Source: Giardia intestinalis
Taxonomy: Eukaryota
Direction: 5' to 3' (one strand)
Assembly (NCBI GenBank): GCA_000002435.2
Contig: CM018793.1
DNA length: 64,000 nt
The notes below the pieces were generated by a model. That model was not told the origin of the DNA and did no database searches. It worked only from the letters and a program-made list of their open reading frames with translations. Both the position numbers and the translations under genes were made by a program. This document shows, piece after piece, positions 27,688 to 38,800 of the stretch (position 1 is its first letter; every line of letters starts with the position of its first letter).

Positions 27688-30492
27688 TTACTTCTTGACG
27701 TCGATGAAGGGGCTCTCATCAGCGATTCCGACAAACTTCTGACTAAAGTCATCGCACTTCGAGATTCGCTCTGTTTCTGCAGGCTTGTCGTCAATACTTA
27801 GGCGTGCGCCAATACGCTTAGTGCTTGCCTTCAAAGCCTTGATATCCAGGCTTCCATCCTCCAAGAGACCTACCTCACTCAGTTTCTCTTTCAAGGATGA
27901 TAGCTCTGCAGTTGTTGTGCGTAGAGACTTTCTAAGAGTTAGGGTCTCGTCGTCTTCTCGATAAAGAATAGGTGACAGAGTTCTGCTATTTCGAGCAGAG
28001 TTAGTTTGAATCTGTGAGGCTGTAATAACGTGTGTAACTGCTCGCTCTTGAGATATTGTTGCATTGCGCATGCTCTCGACCTCTGCTTCCTTATCCCTTA
28101 AGACAGCTTGCAAACCAACAAAGGCTTCTTCTTGTGCTCTGAGTGACTCCAGTAAAGACTGGATTGTTGCATCACGCTCACTCAATTGGTTTGTGAGAGC
28201 ATCCAGTCTTTCAAGCGTTGTATTTGGAGATACGACGGATTCAGATAGGGTCATGCTCATTTTCAGCGTTTCGATTTCTTCGTCTTTTGAGTGTAGCTCA
28301 TCAAGAAGAATGCGGTTAGAGTTTGTGAGCTCCTTCAGTCTGTCACGATCTGTTCCTGCCTTTGCTGTTACAAGTGCATTGGACAGCCGTGCATTTTCCC
28401 GTGCGAGGGCATCGTTTGCTCTTGACAGCTCTTCTAGCTTTTGTTTATGTTCCTCAGAGGTACAACCATGGATTGTTATGGGCCGTGTTTGAAGCTGTAT
28501 TGTGTTAAAAAGTTCTCGCTGAAGATTCGATATTTGATCTTCCTTCTCCTTCAACTGTTTTGTTAACTGTTCAGAATCATTTTGATTCAACTCTTGCTTT
28601 AGCGTGGCAACGTCCTTCTCCAATTGGTTATTCTCCACAATCAAGCATCTTATATCGTGCATTCGTGCCATTATGATTCTTTTAAGGGCGTCTGGGTCAT
28701 CCCCTTCTGGAACTGTAACAGGCGCAAGGGTGTTTAAACTCAATCGTGCAATTTCAGCTTCCTTTTGCTTTAGAAGCTCTTTGTAATACTCAACCCCTTT
28801 GAAATTGTCTATCACGGGGGTAGGTGGAATAGTTTCTTTTTGGTTTTGTGCCTCCCGGGAAGCTATGGCTCCGATAGTCATGTCAGGAATGAGAAGAGAG
28901 CAGCTCTCAGAATCAGGCTGCTGTTGATTTCTTGTCACAACGGGATCAGTAGTAGATGTCTCCACAGACTTGTCCGAGGTTTCAACGAGTTTCTGCGGAT
29001 ATAATTGCTCTGAAGAATGTGGCCCAAATCTGTTAACTGGTTCCACAGCGCAAGGGTACAGTTCTTGAGAGCCATCTAATGGAGTTCTGATCCTTGCAAC
29101 ACTTAGCTCTAACACTTCAGGAGCTTCCTTTCTACCTTCAGACAAATATGCTTTGTTCATATTACCACACAGTCGCTCAAGCAAACTACGCAGAACCTTT
29201 AGGTGCGGGTTCTCTATGAGAACAACGTCCACGTCCGACGAAACATTATCTCCGATGTCTTTCTGAAGCTGTGTTGTGCTTCTGTCAGACTCGCCACTAA
29301 GGCTCAACTCTGCCATCCTATCGACGAATTCATGAACTAGCTGGGCAATTACTTTGTCTCTTTCAGAGATTGCTATTTTGAGGTAATCGGATCCGCCATC
29401 GAGCTTAGTCGCTTTAATATAGTCTCGCAGTTTGCTCTCAAGTGCATCTGCTCTTGTTCGTTCGCTTGCAAGTTGCTGGTCATACCACCTCTTCAGGGTA
29501 TCCATATCATCCGTGTCGCTCTCCGCAGGCATGCGAAGAGAGCCTGCCCGTCTATTGAGGATCTCTGAGTCCACGCTGAACGGGTTCCCATGAGGCGAGT
29601 TTGTGGCAGATATGACACTAATTATATCAGCTGAAGCGTTAAGCTGTTCCTGTAGTGTTTTTACTTGCTCTTTCAAGCGGTCATTCTCTTTCCGAAGAAG
29701 ATTGTTCGAGTTTCGCAGCGTAGTAATCGCCAGATTGTCAGCATCATCTGCCTGGTCCAGGGTCGCGGCGCCTGCCTTGTCCGTTGCTACTGAACTGCGA
29801 GGTGAAGTGTTTTGTGAGAAACTGACGGCTCTCTCATCCGACCTTGTCGTTTGAGATACCGTGGATGCCTGCATAAAGCTATTTCCTAGAGAAGGGTTCC
29901 TGATAAGATGATCATAGCGGTGGCTATCGCGCGAATTAGAACTGAGAAGTGATGCAGATTTCTCCCGTAGTAAGTCGTGGATGTGTGTGTATTCCTTTTC
30001 TACAGCAAGAAAGAGAGCGGTCTCAAGGTCCTTAAGAGTGGTTACACGCATTTGAAGGATGAATTTCACGGCCTGTTCCCGGTTCTCTAGAACAGCGTGA
30101 TCAAGAGCGGAAAAACCTGACTGATCGGTTCGTAATGCAAAGTACGGGTGAATCACCTTCATAACCTCAATGTTCCCGCGAGACGAGGCCAACATGAAGG
30201 CGTCACGCCCGTCCGGCATAGATATATTAGCCTCGAGTGGTGCTAAGAGCTCTGCCGTCTCTGCGCAGTTCATAAGCGCGGCCTGCATAAGTGCTGTTAG
30301 TCCAGCCTTGTTGACCATGCATACCTCCCTCGGGATAAGCACCTTAGCAACATCTAGGGCGTTGTTCTCTGCAGCCAGAATGAGCGCCGTATCTCCCTCA
30401 TCGGAAACGGACCTAGCGTAGACATCCACTGTCTCCATTATCAGTGCACAATTGTTGGCCCGCGCTGCATCGAACCACGTGTGGGGTGCCAT
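27688..30492 (-). CDS. ankyrin-repeat plus extended coiled-coil protein (21.1-family-like), 934 aa
   Basis: ATG 30492 with AT-rich leader. N-terminal ANK repeats (DTALILAAENNALDVAKVLI, LTALMQAALMNCAETAELL, RDAFMLASSRGNIEVMKVI). Long charged heptad-rich remainder (LKEQVKTLQEQL..., ELNQNDSEQLTKQLKEKEDQISNLQRELF). Confidence 0.75.
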   Translation of the reverse strand: MAPHTWFDAARANNCALIMETVDVYARSVSDEGDTALILAAENNALDVAKVLIPREVCMVNKAGLTALMQAALMNCAETAELLAPLEANISMPDGRDAFMLASSRGNIEVMKVIHPYFALRTDQSGFSALDHAVLENREQAVKFILQMRVTTLKDLETALFLAVEKEYTHIHDLLREKSASLLSSNSRDSHRYDHLIRNPSLGNSFMQASTVSQTTRSDERAVSFSQNTSPRSSVATDKAGAATLDQADDADNLAITTLRNSNNLLRKENDRLKEQVKTLQEQLNASADIISVISATNSPHGNPFSVDSEILNRRAGSLRMPAESDTDDMDTLKRWYDQQLASERTRADALESKLRDYIKATKLDGGSDYLKIAISERDKVIAQLVHEFVDRMAELSLSGESDRSTTQLQKDIGDNVSSDVDVVLIENPHLKVLRSLLERLCGNMNKAYLSEGRKEAPEVLELSVARIRTPLDGSQELYPCAVEPVNRFGPHSSEQLYPQKLVETSDKSVETSTTDPVVTRNQQQPDSESCSLLIPDMTIGAIASREAQNQKETIPPTPVIDNFKGVEYYKELLKQKEAEIARLSLNTLAPVTVPEGDDPDALKRIIMARMHDIRCLIVENNQLEKDVATLKQELNQNDSEQLTKQLKEKEDQISNLQRELFNTIQLQTRPITIHGCTSEEHKQKLEELSRANDALARENARLSNALVTAKAGTDRDRLKELTNSNRILLDELHSKDEEIETLKMSMTLSESVVSPNTTLERLDALTNQLSERDATIQSLLESLRAQEEAFVGLQAVLRDKEAEVESMRNATISQERAVTHVITASQIQTNSARNSRTLSPILYREDDETLTLRKSLRTTTAELSSLKEKLSEVGLLEDGSLDIKALKASTKRIGARLSIDDKPAETERISKCDDFSQKFVGIADESPFIDVKK

Positions 30493-30680
30493 TGTTGATA
30501 ACTTAAATGCTTTGGCGCAAATTATTATGCCATATGGTATAAATAATTGAATTGCAAAATGCTATAACACTTACATGGACCATCCGAAGAAGACCGTGGG
30601 CAGCCCTCAATGGAATGGTCATCTTGTCCCCATTCTACATGAAGTTTGTAAAACCAAAAAATTAAATCTGTAGAACCAAA

Positions 30681-31598
30681 ATGCTATTTGCTGTCCTCGT
30701 TGTTGCAGTTCTATCAACTCCGTTCTATAGCCCCCATCTCCTGAAATATTTGAACAAGAAGGAAAACAAGCTCTGGGAGGCGGGAATACCGGCTAAATTC
30801 GCTAATCGAACGCATGATGAAGTTACAAAGATGTTCTTCCCCCATGCGTTCCTTAGACCAAATATTCCCCGCTATTATGGCGTGAATATTACTGAGGATG
30901 ATCTCTATCCTCCGGCCGGCTCCCCTGACCGTCTTGACTATCGCCAGACCCATCCGGAGTGCTTTTTTGAACCGGAAGACCAGAAAGAATGCTCCTGTTG
31001 CTATGCATTTGCAACCCTGGGCGCACTATCTACACGTCGCTGCATCGCAAAGCTTGATCCCCAAGCTGTCTCTCTTTCCGTTCAGCACATGGTCTCGTGT
31101 GACAGCGGCGAGGCCGGTTGTCAGGGAGGCGAGTTCGAATCATCCTGGGCTTTTCTCGAAACAGAGGGAGCAGTAAAAAGTGACTGTCTTCCCTACACCA
31201 GTGGCGAAACTGGTAAATCAGGTGAGTGCCCCACGACGTGCCAGGATGGAACCCCTGTCGAGAGCGCCTTCCATTACAAAGCTGCCTCGGCCAGCCGTCT
31301 TAGCAACTACAATGAGATCATGGTGTCCCTTCTTGCCGATGGGCCAGTGCAAACGGGCTTCTACGTCCACGAGGACTTTCTATATTATGTCGGTGGGATC
31401 TATCACAAGGTTTATGGCACGAGCCTTGGTGGGCATGCAGTTCTTATTGTTGGCTATGGAAGCATGAACAATCACGACTATTGGATTGTTCGTAATTCTT
31501 GGGGGTCGGATTGGGGTGAAAATGGCTACTTCAGGATACTCCGCGGAACAAACGAGTGTGGCATTGAGAAGAATGCGTGGCAGGTAGCAGTGAAGTAA
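30681..31598 (+). CDS. cathepsin B-like cysteine protease (papain family C1), secreted, 305 aa
   Basis: Signal peptide [14 protein letters not shown]. Catalytic Cys in [13 protein letters not shown] (cf. CGSCWAFGA). His in [11 protein letters not shown]. Asn in [21 protein letters not shown] preceded by aaaaaattaaatctgtagaaccaaa. Confidence 0.9.
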   Translation: MLFAVLVVAVLSTPFYSPHLLKYLNKKENKLWEAGIPAKFANRTHDEVTKMFFPHAFLRPNIPRYYGVNITEDDLYPPAGSPDRLDYRQTHPECFFEPEDQKECSCCYAFATLGALSTRRCIAKLDPQAVSLSVQHMVSCDSGEAGCQGGEFESSWAFLETEGAVKSDCLPYTSGETGKSGECPTTCQDGTPVESAFHYKAASASRLSNYNEIMVSLLADGPVQTGFYVHEDFLYYVGGIYHKVYGTSLGGHAVLIVGYGSMNNHDYWIVRNSWGSDWGENGYFRILRGTNECGIEKNAWQVAVK

Positions 31599-31600
31599 AC
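31594..31600 (+). promoter_or_regulatory. AGTAAAC polyadenylation signal overlapping TAA stop of cathepsin B gene
   Basis: Read: gtgAAGTAAACgtcc; stop TAA 31596..31598. Confidence 0.7.
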
Positions 31601-31626
31601 GTCCAAAGGCTTTTTGGGAAAAAGTC

Positions 31627-32862
31627 ATGCCCGGGTGTATCTTTGCTGCACGGCCGCGGATAGTTGGATACAAGCGTTCGCCGTTTGGACGTGTTGGTGG
31701 TTCTATTAGCAAGGTGCACCCTAGCATACTGGCAGCAGCCGTTGTAGACGCAACTCTAGCGAGTAGCGAGCTCAATCCTGCAGATGTATCTGCGATGGTT
31801 GTTGGCCACAGCTTGCCATCCTTTTGCGGTCAACACGCAGCTCAGCAAATTGTCTCCAAAAGTACATTGCTGGCCACGCCTGTGCCTGCTATTTCAATCA
31901 ACGTCGTTTGCAACTCTGGTATAGAGGCAGTTATTGAGGCTTGCAGACGCATCAGTGTAGGCGAGGGATTAGCGTATCTCGCCGTTGGGATGGAGAGTAT
32001 GTCTCGCGCACACATGGTGCATTCTAATATCGCTACCGACGTGGCCACCATTCATGACGGGCTTCTAGATGCAGAGACCCAGAGATCTATGGGGGATATC
32101 GCAGAAGAGTATTATTCCAAGCAGCACTATACCCGCCAGCAGCTTGAAGCGGTGGCCGTCGCTTCGTGTGAAGCAGCTCTGGCTCGTGCAAAGCCAGAGC
32201 TTGTTCATATTGAGCTCGACCCGGCGTCAGGCACTGTCAGCGCAGTGACATATACAGCTAGGGGAGATTCTGCTTCTGTTCATTCCTTGAAACTTGTATT
32301 CTTGCCTCCTGCTGCGGTCCCTGTTTCTTTCTGTGAAGATGAACAGCTAATCAGATACAATCGGACGAAACTTCCATCTCTTCGCTCCTGCTTTCGCGAT
32401 GCCGGTCTCTTAACCTCTGGGACAACCAGTGCAATGAGCGACGGCGCTGTCGCAATAGCGCTAGTAGCCCCAACCTATGAAGGAAGCCTTGCACCATGTG
32501 AGCCACAAGCAGAAGTTCTTGGATACTTCTATCTGGTTACATCCGGGTTAGAATATCTCAGAGCGCCGATAGATGCAGCATGCGCGTTATCTTCCTTGCT
32601 CGCGCTACCGCGATCAGACATCTCCTGTATCCGCATTACCGAAGCGTTTGCTGGCTTAGTTCTAGACATACAAGTAGAGTTTCCCGATTCAGTCGTTAAT
32701 AAGAATGGAGACGCACTTGCCTATGGTCACCCTCTAGCTGCTAGTTCGTGCAGAATTGTCGGAGACCTCATGCAGGACTTAGAGCCAGGATGCATTGGTT
32801 TGGCGTGTGCATGCAATGGTGGTGGAGGTGGTTATGCAGTCTGTCTCCGTAGAATCCGGTAA
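31627..32862 (+). CDS. thiolase (acetyl-CoA C-acetyltransferase family), 411 aa
   Basis: N-terminal IFAARPRIVGYKRSPFGRVGGS (cf. VIVSAARTPIGSFGGSL). Nucleophile motif NVVCNSGIEAV (cf. NRLCSSGLQAI). C-terminal VNKNGDALAYGHPLAASSCRIV (cf. NVNGGAIALGHPLGASGARI) and ACACNGGGGGYAVCL (cf. CIGGGQG). Starts 28 bp after cathepsin stop. Confidence 0.8.
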   Translation: MPGCIFAARPRIVGYKRSPFGRVGGSISKVHPSILAAAVVDATLASSELNPADVSAMVVGHSLPSFCGQHAAQQIVSKSTLLATPVPAISINVVCNSGIEAVIEACRRISVGEGLAYLAVGMESMSRAHMVHSNIATDVATIHDGLLDAETQRSMGDIAEEYYSKQHYTRQQLEAVAVASCEAALARAKPELVHIELDPASGTVSAVTYTARGDSASVHSLKLVFLPPAAVPVSFCEDEQLIRYNRTKLPSLRSCFRDAGLLTSGTTSAMSDGAVAIALVAPTYEGSLAPCEPQAEVLGYFYLVTSGLEYLRAPIDAACALSSLLALPRSDISCIRITEAFAGLVLDIQVEFPDSVVNKNGDALAYGHPLAASSCRIVGDLMQDLEPGCIGLACACNGGGGGYAVCLRRIR

Positions 32863-32871
32863 AGCAGAGGT

Positions 32872-35800
32872 TTACTTGGTCACCGTAATTGTTCCGCTGG
32901 CAGGGGGGCGTGTGCATTTTCCGATTAATGGCACAACCCAGAAGCCACCTTGCTTATTGTATACGACAAGGCTTGCGCTATACTCTCCGAAGCTTTGGGG
33001 CGAAAACTTGAGAGAAATAGTAAACGGCTGACCATACGATGCCGCCACCTCGGCCGATGTTAATCCAAAACAAGCAAGATTGTTCTGAATAGCCTTACCA
33101 TCGACGATTCCTAACACTGTTTCTCTCGTCTTGGTTGACACAGCCCCGCTGGCTGTCTTCTTCGAAATAAGCTCATTGATACCTGCTATGTCATGCATTT
33201 CAGTTAGCCCAAGGGCATACACGATTTTCTCCGTCGGCTTTGGCCTGAGATTATTCACAAGGGTAATCGTGAATGGAAGAGTAGTCCCCACGTCAGCCTG
33301 AACCTTCATAGGAGAGGACGGCCGTGGGATGTAACACATAAGCTCAAGAGTGTAATCAACCCGGCACAGCTCGCTCTTCTCCACACCGCTTAAAATTGTT
33401 GATACACCGAAAGACACCTTTGTATTGATAGCCCCCGAGTCAAAGGGGACATATGGATTGAACTTGACTTTGAATGAGTAGGTGCTCGTCTTGTTGTTGA
33501 ACGTAACTGTCTCTGGTGTAATCGTAAGATCATCACGATCATTTGTGGCAGTAAGTGTGAGGGAAGAAATAGTCTTGTTACTGAGAAGAGGGTTTGGTAT
33601 AGTGATGAGCTTCTCCACAGGGTCGCGCACAGTTGTCTCCAGGGCAGCGCGGCCAACAACTGGTGCCCCGCCAGATTCAAAGACAAAGCGATAAATAAGC
33701 TTCTCGTTCGTTTCATGTGCCACAAAAGATAGGGTTCCTGCAAATAGCTTTCCAGATATAAACGGCATAAACCCTAGCTCTATATTCCGAACTGCTCCTA
33801 TAGCGGGAGCATCCACTATCTCCGGATAGTTCAGCTGGCAGAAGGTGCTGAGAGAAGAATCTAGGAACTGGACATCAACGGTGAAGCGCTGCATTCGCTT
33901 TTCCCAATTCCGCAGAGGGAAGGAGAATGTAGTATACCGATAACAAGTGGCCTCCACACCTGTGCAGATGGTCCTCTGGGCCTTTGTGAGGGTATCAATA
34001 AAGCTCTGGGGAAGGCCCTGTGGCACGCCTGCCACTGACGTCTGCTTTCCTTTGTCCTTCCCAACTATAGCCACAGACGCTCCCGATTTGCCAATTAGGT
34101 CGTTGTAATCTGCCTCTTGCATATTAGTAATCACAGCTTCATCCATAGGCTGCCCAACCGTTCCATGCAGGGCCCATATACTTGCCCCTCCATCTGCACC
34201 TGCAATGTAGAGGTCAGCACGATGCAAGTCAGCAGTAGCAAGAGGACTATACATGACCTTAAAATCCATTCCGCCTGGTGGTATACTGAGCCGCTCCGGA
34301 ACCTGGAATTGTCTGGCGTCTGGTCCGTCCAGAATAGAACGTACGACAAAGACAGAATCTGTGTTGTTGTCAACGTGTAGTATGGTGAATGTAGATTCAC
34401 GGGCATTGCAGGACATATGGACTTCTTGGGCGTTAGGTGCTGCCTCCATAGATGCCTTGTCAAGACATACACAGCGAAGGGTGGCTTCCCCGACTACAAT
34501 CATCTTCCCCTCCAGTGTGCACTCTACGGGGATGCTGGGGATAAAGTGCCGGCAAACCTGCTGTGGGGAAAACTTCACTGTGATAGTAGCGTTCGTTCCA
34601 ACTGGAATAAGTCCCGAGACAGGACTAATCGTTACCACCCCCTTCTCAAAAAGCTCCAGAAGGCTCTTCTTAACGAGACCCTTTGGAGGGACAGAGATGG
34701 TATAACGTAGCTCTGTATCGCCAGTATTTTCGATGAAGAAGTTTCTGGACACAAAGGAGTTTATAATACATGGGGGCATCTCTATATTCTGATTTATAAG
34801 CTTTGCTGATGAGCCCAAGACTGCGCCTTTAATGCTGATAATGCTATCAAAAATGATACTATCTTCAATGCTAATCGAGGCCGAAATCTGGAACTGCGGT
34901 GTCCGAGAAACCGGACTGTGCATGATCATAATTGTGCAGAGTTGATTTGGAAGCATTTCACTCTCCTTAGGGAGCCCTGTCAAATAGATTTGCTTAGTGT
35001 TTCTATTGCTCCAGTTATCAAGCATATCCATGCACTTATTAAAGTAATCGTGGTATTGCTCTGTAGGGACTATTGCCAAGAAAAGTCCCTTAGGGACTTC
35101 ATCTGAAGAGACGTCATTGACCGCTACACGCGCATGCATAGTGGCGCTCGTTGTATTCTTGATATTAACGGCCTTGATAATTGGCGGGCTGGAAAGCGAG
35201 GTGCTTCCCAAATTAATAACAGTTAGCGCATGCGACGTACTGAGATTGCTGTAAGAATTGATAAGAGATCCACTCAACACATCATGCAGAGCAAAGCTGC
35301 AATCAATACCTTGACCTGTCAAAGGATAGCGCAACTTATAGAGCCCGTTGACCATAACGGTAAGCATGTCCTTGAACTTTCCGGCGTAGCCGGGTATAAA
35401 CTTGATTGCTACATCATGTGTCCTTCCAACGCGTAGAGGCTCAGAAAGAGGTGGAGTATCGATGAAGAAGTCGTTTGTTCCGAGGAAGTATTCCATGGTA
35501 AGTGGCTGAGTATCCCTGTTCACAAAGGAAATGACCCTTGGAGCATACTTATCGTGGCGGAGAGAATTCAACATGGCTCCATAATCCAAGCGAGTTATTT
35601 CCGTATGCAGCCCAGGCTTCAGCCCAGTTCCTAGAAGTTGCAACTCTTGTGACCCACAGCCCTCTACACTGACCGTGAAGGTTAGACCGAAATCCTTAGT
35701 AAGTCGCAGTTCCAAAGTAGGTTGAAACTTCAGGGTTATGAAGACATGATCTCCTGGTTTGATAGTTTGCTTAGATGTTGCGTTGGTTTCCTTATCTCCA

Positions 35801-38800
35801 TCCGAGGTTTCCACTTCATACTCAAGACAGCTTTTAGCCCGTTTAAATTCTACTTCGTCACGCCTTGCAGTAGAATTATGACGCTTCAGAGAAAGAATGC
35901 ATGTATATCCTATCGTGTGGGAGCCAATATTTGAGAGCCTGAGTGTTCGTGAACGGTAATCCGAAACAAATACGGTTTCAAAATTAAGCTCACTGTGCGA
36001 GCCTAGCTGGTGGGGAAGGCCAACTGGGGTGTCTGGAAGGAGCTCAAGAAGATGCTTTGCATTAAATGACTCATATTTGACATTGAGGGAAAGCGGTACA
36101 GACCGTCGCGGCATCACAATTTTTATCAGTTGATTGATGCGTCCCTCGCATGTAGGCTTCACAGTGAATAGTATAGACGTTGTCGACAGGGGCTGAAGTA
36201 TTCCCGCTGTCGGAGTAATGGTGCACTGGAAGGATGCATTGGCACTATCATCGTCCACCATGTTCTTAGCAGGTTGCGCTAGGCGAATCTTATAATTCAT
36301 TGGATACTTTTCAGTATTAGTCAAGCTCACTTCCTTGGTAGCACAATCACCAACAAGAATGGGATTGAATGACAACTTATTAGTGCTTAGTATAACCTCC
36401 GGCTCAGTGGGCCGCCCGACAACGAGTAGAGGCAACGTAACATCATGTTGAGGAATGCGAAGTATAAAGAAGCCCTCCTCAACTCCAGCACGAGTGCTCT
36501 CTCTGGTGGGGGTATAATCGAAGCGTATGATAGAGGTTTCGCCAGGCGATACGCGGCCACCGGCGCCGAATGTCGACACTATACTGGAGTTGCTTTCGGG
36601 AAGGCGCTGCAGCGTTACATCGTACGGCTGATTAATGCAGTTCAGAACGGTGATATGGTTCGTGATAGTAATCCCAACACCCTGTCCGAGTATTTCTAAG
36701 ACCTTCACTGACTTCGGATTAGAACAAATCAAATTGGCAAATGATTGCGGGGTCTTCATAGAGCCGGGGCGCATCGTCTGGAGGTACACATTGTTGCTGT
36801 TGCATTCTAGATGACAGACAGGCAGGATGGCCATAGCTGAGAGAGACAACGATATGTTGCCAGCAGTGGAGGCGAACACTTCATGATGAGCTCCAGGGAA
36901 GCGAGGCTCATAAGAAATATTATATCGTATCAGGTACCGGTTGATATTTGGATTGCTCGATGTTAGTGCAGTTTGGAGAGCGTTTAAGGCGTTCTTGTCT
37001 ATCTGGGTCTTTGCTCCTATACCAACCTTTGCCATAAGCCCGGAGATAGAGGGAATTTCTGGCAAGGTCGGATAGTACTCACGAACAAGGGAAGCCAGTA
37101 AATCAGGCCTTGCAGGAACCATGGCAATCTCGGTTTTTCCATCGAGAACAGGCTCAACAAGATAGGGACTCTCGGGTTGTGATGTAGCCATAGAATTGAA
37201 TATGACAACAGGACTTGTCTGTGAATCGTTAAGCAGATAGAAGGCAGCAGCAGACTTTTGAAGGATTGGTGTGCTAACCATTGGGAACTCCAAAAGTGAG
37301 TATCCATTGACGCTATCAGCTTTCAATGTCAGCGGCTCTAAGTCTCCAGTTGACGAGCTACTAAAGCACTTAACTGAAAAGTCACCCGCAAAGCCGAAGA
37401 GGTTAAGCTCGAGAAAACTCGACGCCAATGCAATACGGTTGTCCGGCGCATGGATATCAGATAGCACCTTCTGAAGCAAAGCCTGTCTATCAGCAGGGTG
37501 AGCAGCCTTGGTGGACGCCTGCGATGGTCCTTTTCCAGTACGTGGCAAACCGTCGGTAAGATCTCGGGATGAGACCATTTCTTCGAGCAGGCTCCTTACC
37601 TCATCCTCATCTAGATAAACCTGATATTCTGGCTCTGGACAGACAGTCTCTGTGCGAACAGCAACACCGTTAGCATTTGTCACGTAACTTATCGTTGTTT
37701 GAGCATTGTCCCAGTCATTAACGCGTCGCCCTGGCTGGAACATGATTGGGTAATAGCGACAAATCAAGGGAGTGCCGAACAGCACTGTCTGACCATATTT
37801 TGACGGCATTTTCTTGGTTTTTAGCGGTGCTGCCTTACCTCCAGGCACACTGAAAAGAGAAGCAAACTCATCAGCGTTCCCTGGGCAAGTGAGACGAAGG
37901 ATAATCGTCTTCTTTGCCCCTGCATGGATGTGGCCTATTGATGGGTGAACAATTACACCAAGCTTCCGGCAAAGATCTATGTTGAATTCAAATCGGATGT
38001 GGTTTGTACTGGTGTTCTGTAAGATAACCTCTGTATTATATATTGCCGAGGTGAGAGTGGTCATATATTGTGGAATTGGCGGCGGAGAGCTAACAGACAT
38101 TGATGAACTTTGTGAGGGTCTGCTTTTCGGCCGTGCGTTGCTAGGCTCTGTAGATGGCAGTGATGTCTCGCCGAACTTCTCTTCTTCCGAGCCTGCCAAG
38201 TTAAGAGGGAGATCTTTGAGATAGACATTGGCTCGATTGCTGATTGCCTGATTGAAGTGTACATCTCCATACGTAGAGATCTGGTTTTGGCGTAGCTGCT
38301 CGTATGCCTTACTATCCGACAGATGGCTGAGAATCGTCTCAGTCAGCTGTTCTGCCTTAGGGTTGCCAAATGTCCCAAATAGTAGAGCAGTGGTTTCTTT
38401 ATACATGATTTGTATAGCTGTGCTTATAAACCGGCCCTCTATGGCGTTCAGCTTGCTAGAAATGGCGATACACTGGAGAGGAATCTCCGCGACGTTATAG
38501 TCCACGAAGCTCGTCATAACCTTGAGGGTCAGTGTTGCAGTAATAACTTCCCCATTAGGGAATTTGGCCAACGCGGCTGTGTTTGGGGCTATGGTAAAAT
38601 AGTTCTTCGTTGACGCCGGAAGAACGACAAGGCCTGTAAAAAGCCTTCCTTGTGGAATGGGCTCCTTGACATGTATCTCCTCCCCATCCTCTATAACAGG
38701 ATCAGAGGAGCCACGGCCCTGTGATTGCAAAATCACGAAGCAGTCCGCGTGGCGCATATCTTGTGAACTGATGACGATTGCATAAGATGCACTGACGCGG

